A stretch of DNA of 14,801 nt from assembly GCA_030539175.1 (NCBI GenBank), contig JAUNSN010000019.1:9208-24008 (forward strand), given 5' to 3'. This stretch comes from a bacterium (lineage in GTDB: Bacteria; Bacillota_I; Bacilli_A; RF39; UBA660). The notes below the pieces were generated by a model that was given only the letters and a program-made list of their open reading frames with translations, was not told where the DNA came from and did no database searches. Numbering within the stretch: position 1 is the first letter of the stretch; each line of letters opens with the position of its first letter. Both the position numbers and the translations under genes were made by a program. Below, piece by piece: positions 8,802 to 14,801 of the stretch.

Positions 8802-9603
8802 TTTTATATCCTAAATCATCAAAAGTTAGTTGTTCATCAACAACATGTTTATTTTTATTATTATAAATATAAGATTTATTCAAAGAATCTTTATTAGAAA
8901 TACAAAAAGCTATTAAAGGATTAGTCGACCCATCATTTATCCATGTACTTAAAAAATCACCATACATCTTAAGTGTATATTTATTAAACTCTATACCATA
9001 TTTTAAAAAAGTATTCGCAACAGTATCAAGATTATAATAATCACACTCTTCTTTATAAGCTTCTCTTTGCTCTTCTACATCTTGCATTAAAACATCTTCT
9101 TTTTTCCGAGGATGTAACAGAAAATAAGCATCACGATATTTCCTATAAGTACTCAAATAAGAAGAAACTATTTTTCCTATCTCATATATCTCATTATCAT
9201 CACTATATTTCTCTACTTGAGAATTATAGTGATATACATACCAACATCTTCTCACAAAATCATTTTTACTTGTTAAGGTTCTTTTACAAGCAGATGGACA
9301 AATAAGTTTAATTAAACTATCAATATTATCTTTACTACTACATATATACTTTAGATATTCTAATTTTATAGACTCAGTTTCTTTTAAGTTTTTAGCATCA
9401 TTATTATAAACAATATTTAACTTTTTCTTCTCTTTATACCTAATAGTTACTTTACCTTTAGTCATACCATTATCATTAAGTAATTCTTTTACACTTTCAT
9501 ATTTAGAAGTATAGTTATCAATTTCTTTTAAATTACAATTACTCATTAATATTCTGCTCTTGCCAAATTCATCAATTAATACTAACTCATATGTTACTTT
9601 CAT
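8791..9603 (-). CDS. Hypothetical protein (270 aa), no recognisable family; translationally coupled to the Xer gene
   Basis: Long open frame in a stop-rich AT genome. RBS AAGGAGAG lies 7 nt before the ATG at 9603. The stop overlaps the Xer start by 11 nt. No TM segment or catalytic motif was recognised. Confidence 0.6.
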   Translation of the reverse strand: MKVTYELVLIDEFGKSRILMSNCNLKEIDNYTSKYESVKELLNDNGMTKGKVTIRYKEKKKLNIVYNNDAKNLKETESIKLEYLKYICSSKDNIDSLIKLICPSACKRTLTSKNDFVRRCWYVYHYNSQVEKYSDDNEIYEIGKIVSSYLSTYRKYRDAYFLLHPRKKEDVLMQDVEEQREAYKEECDYYNLDTVANTFLKYGIEFNKYTLKMYGDFLSTWINDGSTNPLIAFCISNKDSLNKSYIYNNKNKHVVDEQLTFDDLGYKNGR

Positions 9604-9632
9604 TAATATCTCTCCTTACATCAATTAGCAAT

Positions 9633-9662
9633 ATTTTACCACATTTATTAGTAAAATGACAA
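9633..9662 (-). promoter_or_regulatory. Candidate sigma-A promoter for the hyp270-xer-sigma unit
   Basis: Minus strand: TTGTCA (9662..9657), 18-nt spacer, extended -10 TGgTAAAAT (9641..9633). It lies about 30 nt upstream of the RBS and ATG at 9603. Confidence 0.4.
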
Positions 9663-9733
9663 CTAATATTAAAAATGTAGCCTACTGGTTTACATAACAG
9701 AAAATAATCATCATATATAATAATTAAAAAGAG

Positions 9734-9762
9734 AAAAAACATAATATTTATATAATATTATG
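9734..9762 (-). terminator. Intrinsic terminator after the XRE-family gene
   Basis: 9-bp stem cataatatt / aatattatg (9740-9748 / 9754-9762) with a 5-nt loop, followed on the minus strand by TTTTTTcTcTTTTT. Confidence 0.6.
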
Positions 9763-9778
9763 CAATAATTATCAAATT

Positions 9779-10033
9779 TTAATTATTTGGAACATACTCT
9801 AGTATATCTTCTATCTTACAATCCAACACATAACACAGTTTAGAAAGAACATCTAAGTCAACCCTTGTAAGTGGAGCATTTTTATAATATGATTGAACCG
9901 TTTGATGTTTTAATCCCGTAAGAATACTCAAACGATAAACAGAAATTTTACGTTCGTCCATTATTTTTTTAATCTTGATAATTATATTACCATAGTTTAA
10001 AGAATCGGTAATTTCTCTTTTTCTTGTATCCAT
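9779..10033 (-). CDS. XRE/Cro-CI family helix-turn-helix transcriptional regulator
   Basis: 84 aa. HTH segment ISVYRLSILTGLKHQTVQSYYKN and the typical C-terminal LSKLCYVLDCKIEDILEY. Monocistronic: terminators lie on both sides. Confidence 0.8.
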   Translation of the reverse strand: MDTRKREITDSLNYGNIIIKIKKIMDERKISVYRLSILTGLKHQTVQSYYKNAPLTRVDLDVLSKLCYVLDCKIEDILEYVPNN

Positions 10034-10115
10034 AAAGCCCTCCTAATACTATTTTATCACTATTACCTACCCCAAAAATATGGCTTTAGAACGGTACTGA
10101 CAAAGTGGTAGTACC

Positions 10116-10159
10116 AAATAAAAAACAATCAATTTAATTTAATAAATTGATTGTTTTTT
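10116..10159 (-). terminator. Intrinsic terminator after ftsZ (bidirectional shape)
   Basis: Stem caatcaattta / taaattgattg (10126-10136 / 10143-10153), flanked by an A-run and a T-run. On the minus strand the stem is followed by TTTTTTaTTT. It begins 3 nt after the ftsZ stop. Confidence 0.6.
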
Positions 10160-10161
10160 AT

Positions 10162-11259
10162 TTATAAATCAGACAAATCTGCTCGATTACGTAAGAAAGA
10201 TGGTATTTCCAAATCACTTTCGCCATCACTCATTGAGGATATCTTTTCACGTGATATTGGATCTCTTTCCTTGGTTCCTAAATTATGATATAGTGGATCA
10301 CTACGTTGCTCAAAACCAGTTGCAATAACAGTAACAATAACTTCATCAGCTAAATTTTCATTAATAATAGCACCAAATATTGTATTAATATCAGTATTAG
10401 CCGCACTTCTAATAACCTCAGCAGCTTCCTCTACTTCATACAAAGTTAAGTTAGAACCACCAGTAACATTAATTATTGCATCAGTCGCTCCACTTATTGA
10501 AGTTTCCAACAATGGACTAGATACTGCTTGTTTAGCCGCTTCAACAGCTCTATTATCACCAGCACCAACACCAATACCAATTAAAGCATTACCTCTATCT
10601 TGCATAACTGTTTTTACATCAGCAAAGTCCAAATTAACAAGTCCAGCAGTTGCAATTAAATCAGAAATAGACTGAACACCACGTAATAAAACATTATCAA
10701 CTTCACGAAAAGCTTCTAACATTGGAGTAGATTTATCTATCAATTCTCTTAATCGATCATTAGGTATTACTATTAAAGTATCAACATACTTTTTTAATTC
10801 TTCTAACCCAGCAAGAGCTTGTTCCATCCTTCTTCTTCCCTCAAAAGAAAATGGTTTAGTAACAATACCCACAGTCAAAGCTCCCAAATCTTGGGCAATT
10901 TCGGCAACTATAGGAGAAGCACCAGTTCCTGTTCCTCCACCCATGCCACAAGTAACAAAGACCATATCCGCCCCCTTTAGAACTTCTTCAATTTCTTTCT
11001 TACTTTCTAAAGCCGCCTCTCTACCAATTTCTGGATTAGCCCCAGCACCAAGACCATCCGTTAACTCACTACCAATTTGTAACTTATTAGTTGCTTGTGA
11101 ATTATTTAAAACCTGTAAATCAGTATTAGCAACAATAAACTCAACGCCTTTTAACCCTGACTCTATCATTCTATTTACTGCATTACAACCTCCCCCACCA
11201 ACACCAATTACTTTTATTTTTGCTAAATTATCCATTTCTAAACCAAACATATTTGTCAT
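10162..11259 (-). CDS. ftsZ: Cell division protein FtsZ
   Basis: [17 protein letters not shown], the tubulin signature GGGTGTG ([13 protein letters not shown]), NDRL, and the C-terminal conserved peptide DLEIPSFLR. The start overlaps the ftsA stop (TAATG), and the RBS AGGAGG lies inside the ftsA 3' end. Confidence 0.97.
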   Translation of the reverse strand: MTNMFGLEMDNLAKIKVIGVGGGGCNAVNRMIESGLKGVEFIVANTDLQVLNNSQATNKLQIGSELTDGLGAGANPEIGREAALESKKEIEEVLKGADMVFVTCGMGGGTGTGASPIVAEIAQDLGALTVGIVTKPFSFEGRRRMEQALAGLEELKKYVDTLIVIPNDRLRELIDKSTPMLEAFREVDNVLLRGVQSISDLIATAGLVNLDFADVKTVMQDRGNALIGIGVGAGDNRAVEAAKQAVSSPLLETSISGATDAIINVTGGSNLTLYEVEEAAEVIRSAANTDINTIFGAIINENLADEVIVTVIATGFEQRSDPLYHNLGTKERDPISREKISSMSDGESDLEIPSFLRNRADLSDL

Positions 11260-12512
11260 TATTTTTCCTCCTTACTACTAAATAAACCACCAAAAAGTTT
11301 TGTAATCTTTGTATCATCATGTTTCCGAGCTTTATCATCACTAGGAGTAACCAGTTGCAATTCTTCCAAAGAATTTACCATAGAATAGTCTTTACCCCTA
11401 ACTAACATCTTATGATGAAAATATTTTATCATCCCTAAACTTGTAGTATATTTATTATCTCTTACCCCCAATGTTGGTATTGAATATATTATAACATCTT
11501 TTCCAAAAATTTCATAGGCTAAATACTTAAATGATTTAATTTCTGTCATTCCCCCAGTTATTATAACATAACTAATACTTTGTTTAGTTAATGATAATAT
11601 TTGTTTTTTTACTATCGCCATTATCTCTTTTAATCGCGACATTATAACTTCACAAGTTTCTAATTGATTTATTTTCACCATCTCTCCATTACTATTTTTA
11701 ACCTCATAAACATCATTTAATTGAGTAAAACGTTTATGAGCACATCCAAACTTTTCTTTCATTTCTCGAGCATCAATTACATTAATTCCAAACACTACAG
11801 ACAAATCATTATCAATATTCTTTCCCCCTAGTTGAATTACTGAAGTATTCATTAATTTTGCCTTATTAACTATTGATACAGTAGTTGTTTGATGCCCTAA
11901 GTTAATAACTGCCCCTACTTGCTTATCTAACTGATTATTCCGAACTTCGTAATAATCTCCAATACCAGACAAAGTAATATCAACAACTTCTAATCCCGCT
12001 CCAACTACAACACTAACAACTGAATAAACATTTTTCTGGGGAACAGAAACAATAATACCTTTCATCAGCAATTTTTTTCCTTTAATACCAACTGGAAACT
12101 CTAAATTCTTAATATCATCAACCGTAAAATTAATTGGTATAACAGTAACCAGTTCAAAATCAGGATCTATCTTTTTATAAACACTATTCTTAATTATTTT
12201 ATTAACATCAAAACTAGTAACCCCCTCATCAGATAAATCTAATGACTCATTTACAAGTATAAACTTCACATCATAAGCTGGAACTCCAACAATAACCTTT
12301 TTAATTGGAATACCTAGTAAATTCTCTACTTCTTTACTACCATCTTTTATCGCATTAATTGCTAAATTGGCATCCACTATTAAACCTTTTCTAATTCCAG
12401 AAGATTTCTTAGCATAAGAAGCTAGTACTACAACCTCTTTACCAACCACTTCTCCAACTACAAACTTAATCGTATCCGTACCAATATCAATACTTGTATA
12501 AATCTTTCTCAT
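11259..12512 (-). CDS. ftsA: Cell division protein FtsA
   Basis: Actin-like fold N-terminus [18 protein letters not shown], an ITGGMTEI phosphate-2-like motif, and a C-terminal amphipathic tail KLFGGLFSS. Canonical position upstream of ftsZ. Confidence 0.95.
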   Translation of the reverse strand: MRKIYTSIDIGTDTIKFVVGEVVGKEVVVLASYAKKSSGIRKGLIVDANLAINAIKDGSKEVENLLGIPIKKVIVGVPAYDVKFILVNESLDLSDEGVTSFDVNKIIKNSVYKKIDPDFELVTVIPINFTVDDIKNLEFPVGIKGKKLLMKGIIVSVPQKNVYSVVSVVVGAGLEVVDITLSGIGDYYEVRNNQLDKQVGAVINLGHQTTTVSIVNKAKLMNTSVIQLGGKNIDNDLSVVFGINVIDAREMKEKFGCAHKRFTQLNDVYEVKNSNGEMVKINQLETCEVIMSRLKEIMAIVKKQILSLTKQSISYVIITGGMTEIKSFKYLAYEIFGKDVIIYSIPTLGVRDNKYTTSLGMIKYFHHKMLVRGKDYSMVNSLEELQLVTPSDDKARKHDDTKITKLFGGLFSSKEEK

Positions 12513-12637
12513 CTATATCGAGCTCCCATTTTTCTATCTCAAAACAATTATAACCTAATTTTATAAAAAATAAAAGTGATTATTATAACAAATATCTAAA
12601 TATTTTACCCAACAACACCATTTTACTACATTTTTAC

Positions 12638-12666
12638 AAAAAAACAACTACCATTTACTAGTAGTT
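12638..12666 (-). terminator. Weak candidate terminator between the DGR operon and ftsA
   Basis: Minus strand: aactac-tagtaaatg-gtagtt (6-bp stem), then gTTTTTTTg (12638-12644). The stem is short and AT-rich, so confidence is low. Confidence 0.35.
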
Positions 12667-12697
12667 ATCATTTTTTTTACAATATCCTCAGAATCAT

Positions 12698-12742
12698 AAT
12701 TATATCAATCAATAAAATATCATTTTATTGATTGATATAATT
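12698..12742. repeat. Perfect 21-bp inverted repeat with a 3-nt loop, spanning the RT stop codon
   Basis: aattatatcaatcaataaaat (12698-12718) and attttattgattgatataatt (12722-12742) are exact reverse complements. The RT stop TAA (12727..12725) lies inside one arm. No U-tract follows on either strand. Confidence 0.9.
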
Positions 12743-13750
12743 TACTCGACTATTTACCTTCTTCATTAAGTTATAACTATTACCATGCATTGCATGACCA
12801 ACAATCGAGTTATAACTTAATATAAATCTCTTCTTATCTAACTTATTATCACTATATAACTTATTCCATAACTTTATTCTTTTATTAACATTCTTCTTAA
12901 AACTATTTCTTACTAATCGATATTCTTCATATATTCTATAACCACAAAAATTTATCCCCATCTTATTAGGATAATATCTACTTTTAGGATTTAATGTTAA
13001 CTTTAATTCTTTATTTAAAAATTCCTCTACTAATCTATATATTAACTTACTCTTTATTTTATCCTCTACCAATATAACAAAATCATCCATATATCTTACA
13101 TAATACTTAATCTTTAATATATCTTTTATATAAAAATCTAACTTACTTAAATATATATTAGCAAAATACTGACTACTATAAGCCCCTATCCCTATACCAG
13201 TAGAAGCATCATCCATATATATAAAACTCTTAGTTATCTCTAATATCTTCTTATCACTTATCTTATCCGCTAATATCTCATATAATATAACCTTATCTAT
13301 ACTATAAAAATATTTCCTTATATCTAACTTAATAACATAATACCCCGCATATTTTTCTCTCATCTTTCTCATATACCCCTGTAATACATCCACTGCCTTA
13401 TGTGTCCCCCTATTATCTAAACAAGCATAAGTATCTTTCTTAAACCTAACATCAAAATAAGGCTTTATCACCTCAAACGTATACCAATTATTAACAACCC
13501 TATCTCTATACGGCAGAGCCTTAATCACTCGTTCTTTAGGTTCATATATAACAAATTCTCTTGGTTTTCCCACTTTATAAGTATTATTCTTTAAACTATT
13601 TAATATATTAATCACATTAGTTTCAATATCCATATTAAAACTAAGAACTTCCTTAGTATTTTTACAACTAGAACTTACTCGATGCGATGCCTCTAACAAT
13701 TTGACAAAAGTACAACATTTGTCAAATTGGTTGCGAACAGTTTTTCCCAT
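12725..13750 (-). CDS. Diversity-generating retroelement (DGR) reverse transcriptase
   Basis: 341 aa and collinear with Bordetella phage BPP-1 bRT as recalled: MGK start, REFVIYEPKERVIKALPYRDRVV, TYACLDNRGTHKA, KLDIRKYFYSID, the DGR-specific GIGIGAYSSQYFANIYL (IGxxxSQ), YVRYMDDFVIL (YxDD), GINFCGYRI, and the C-terminal SIVGHAMHG. No intron maturase/endonuclease domain or retron-type domain is present. Confidence 0.9.
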   Translation of the reverse strand: MGKTVRNQFDKCCTFVKLLEASHRVSSSCKNTKEVLSFNMDIETNVINILNSLKNNTYKVGKPREFVIYEPKERVIKALPYRDRVVNNWYTFEVIKPYFDVRFKKDTYACLDNRGTHKAVDVLQGYMRKMREKYAGYYVIKLDIRKYFYSIDKVILYEILADKISDKKILEITKSFIYMDDASTGIGIGAYSSQYFANIYLSKLDFYIKDILKIKYYVRYMDDFVILVEDKIKSKLIYRLVEEFLNKELKLTLNPKSRYYPNKMGINFCGYRIYEEYRLVRNSFKKNVNKRIKLWNKLYSDNKLDKKRFILSYNSIVGHAMHGNSYNLMKKVNSRVNYINQ

Positions 13751-14090
13751 TTTTCATCCATCCATACAATAAATTAGTCACATCCGTTATCTTTCTTGCC
13801 CAAGCTTCATAATTTCTTACATTAATAAATCTTTGACTATAAGATATTCGAGATAATACTTTTATCATCTTAAGTTCAGCATCTATTTCATTAAATAAGT
13901 GATATCTATTAGTTTTATCAGATTCTTTATATGCTTTAATAATTAATCTCATCGTATTATAACTTACATTTTTAATTTGACTTACTAACGATAGTTTTTC
14001 ACTTTTAGGATATTTTTTAACTATCATCTCTGTATAGTATAAAAGACCCATCATTTGTTTATATATTAACAACCCATCAATACTATTCAT
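13722..14090 (-). CDS. avd: Avd-type accessory variability determinant (four-helix-bundle / 23S rRNA-IVS protein family)
   Basis: 122 aa and predicted helical. Family pattern YPKSEKLSLVSQIKNVSYNTMRLIIKAY and a C-terminal W..K...V..LLYGWMK. The ATGA overlap with the upstream ORF implies coupling, and there is a 29-nt out-of-frame overlap with the RT start. Confidence 0.8.
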   Translation of the reverse strand: MNSIDGLLIYKQMMGLLYYTEMIVKKYPKSEKLSLVSQIKNVSYNTMRLIIKAYKESDKTNRYHLFNEIDAELKMIKVLSRISYSQRFINVRNYEAWARKITDVTNLLYGWMKNGKNCSQPI

Positions 14091-14437
14091 ACCAATTCCC
14101 TTAATTCATTCAATTTTTTAAAAGCATCTATTGGTGTTAAATTATCAAAGTCTATTTCTTTTAACTTCTTAGTTAAAAGATGCTCCGCTTGTTCTTTATC
14201 TACTTCAACCATCACAATATCCAAATTCATATTTTTAAATATCAACAAATACTTATCCAAAGATTTAATAGGAAACCCACATCTTTTCATCTTACCAAAA
14301 TATCCCAACTTTAAAGTAGTAACTTGCGATATTTTAACTGCATCTTCTTCTAAAAATAAATAAAATATCCCACTTTTAAATAAATATATCTTATCTTTAT
14401 TTTCAGCCTTTAGTTTTTTATACTTCTCTTCGTACAC
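14087..14437 (-). CDS. MutS domain-I-like small protein (MSL-type DGR accessory ORF)
   Basis: 116 aa with a GTG start after [43 protein letters not shown] aligns with the E. coli MutS N-terminus [48 protein letters not shown] aligns with AGIPYHAVENYLAKL. No ATPase or clamp domains are present. Confidence 0.7.
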   Translation of the reverse strand: [116 protein letters not shown]

Positions 14438-14496
14438 TTTTCTTCTTCCCTTCTAACTTTCAATCAACTCTCATAACAGCATCATTTATAAGAGCC

Positions 14497-14536
14497 TTCC
14501 TAAAACCTAAAAGTAAAAACTTTTAGGTTTTAGGAA
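14497..14536. repeat. Perfect 17-bp inverted repeat with a 6-nt loop in the non-coding spacer upstream of the DGR operon
   Basis: ttcctaaaacctaaaag (14497-14513) and cttttaggttttaggaa (14520-14536) are exact reverse complements. Each arm contains a tandem cctaaaa heptamer. No U-tract follows on either strand. Confidence 0.9.
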
Positions 14537-14702
14537 AACAATAGTTTTCCCACAACATTCTAATGCGCAAATACTCTACTAACTAGTTTGTTGCTAGTAA
14601 ATGTTTATTACAATACCTAAAGATATCATAACAGGACATTGGTCTTGACTATCAGACTATTGATGTTAATCCTTAAACTAACATATTTAAAGTATATTTG
14701 AT

Positions 14703-14801
14703 AGTAATCGCAAGCCACAAAGGCCGACGCCCGCGAGCCGTTGTTATTGTTCGCATTGCCATTGTTGTTGTTAAAGTTGAACGCGCCCGCATTGGCACCA
14801 T
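14703..14801 (-). repeat. DGR template repeat (TR) candidate, truncated by the window edge; the alternative is an undiversified variable repeat (VR)
   Basis: Minus-strand frame from 14799 reads GANAGAFNFNNNNGNANNNNGSRASAFVAC. All 22 adenines in the first 30 codons sit in 11 AAY codons. About 54% G+C by hand count (14711-14801), against AT-rich flanks. Contains the GC block GGCTCGCGGGCGTCGGCC (14739..14722). Confidence 0.7.

Larger units (their letters stand above)
12725..14801 (-). mobile_element. Diversity-generating retroelement cassette (TR/VR - spacer - MSL - avd - RT), incomplete in this window
   Basis: A DGR-clade RT, an Avd and a MutS-like accessory ORF lie in one overlapping operon, directly downstream of an adenine-partitioned AAY-rich repeat. 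Confidence 0.8.

Noticed and set aside
7941-9603. hyp270 plus tyrosine recombinase as an integrated mobile element or integrase module
   Set aside because: No flanking direct repeats, tRNA target, excisionase or cargo genes are visible. The recombinase has the size and motifs of chromosomal XerC/D, and its composition matches the host. It is kept only as a lower-interest finding.
10943-11281. 112-aa plus-strand ORF
   Set aside because: It is antisense to the ftsZ N-terminal GTPase domain. The Pro/Ser-rich translation is typical of a frame opposite a Gly-rich gene.
12652-12661. 10-nt match catttactag, found inverted as ctagtaaatg at 14594-14603, considered as possible terminal inverted repeats bracketing the DGR
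   Set aside because: Matches of 10 nt are expected by chance in about 15 kb of AT-rich DNA. The similarity does not extend beyond 10-11 nt.
12725-13750. RT as a retron, group II intron, Abi or other defence-associated RT
   Set aside because: There are no intron ribozyme domains, no maturase or En domain, and no msr/msd-like structured repeat next to the gene. Instead it has the IGxxxSQ motif, end-to-end collinearity with bRT, an adjacent Avd-family gene and an adenine-partitioned repeat. All of these point to a DGR.
1-14801. CRISPR arrays, tRNA/rRNA genes, IS elements
   Set aside because: By eye I found no regularly spaced direct repeats, no cloverleaf-like GC-rich segments in the intergenic regions, and no transposase ORFs. 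The intergenic regions are short and are accounted for by promoters and terminators.

Overview
AT-rich, low-GC Bacillota-type chromosomal window. Almost every gene is on the minus strand, and TGA is used as a stop codon (standard code 11). All family calls rest on motif recognition by eye, not database searches.

Most of the window is housekeeping. In minus-strand order these are ftsA-ftsZ, an XRE-family HTH gene, a promoter-to-sigma unit (orphan 270-aa ORF, Xer-type tyrosine recombinase, SigE/K-like sigma factor), a stand-alone prepilin-type pilin, nfo, a class B PBP, rpmG, efp, trmB, a small membrane protein, and a 3'-truncated gpmI that carries an unusual N-terminal membrane domain. Two small ORFs lie on the plus strand.

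The stand-out is the right end (12.7-14.8 kb), which holds a diversity-generating retroelement (DGR). It consists of a translationally coupled operon: a MutS-domain-I-like small ORF, an Avd-type four-helix-bundle protein, and a DGR-clade reverse transcriptase (IGxxxSQ and YMDD motifs). Upstream, at the window edge, sits a GC-rich island unlike anything else in the window. Every adenine in it lies in an AAY (Asn) codon, which is the signature of a DGR template repeat; a naive variable repeat is the less likely alternative.

No cognate second repeat copy and no target gene are in this window. They must lie beyond 14801.
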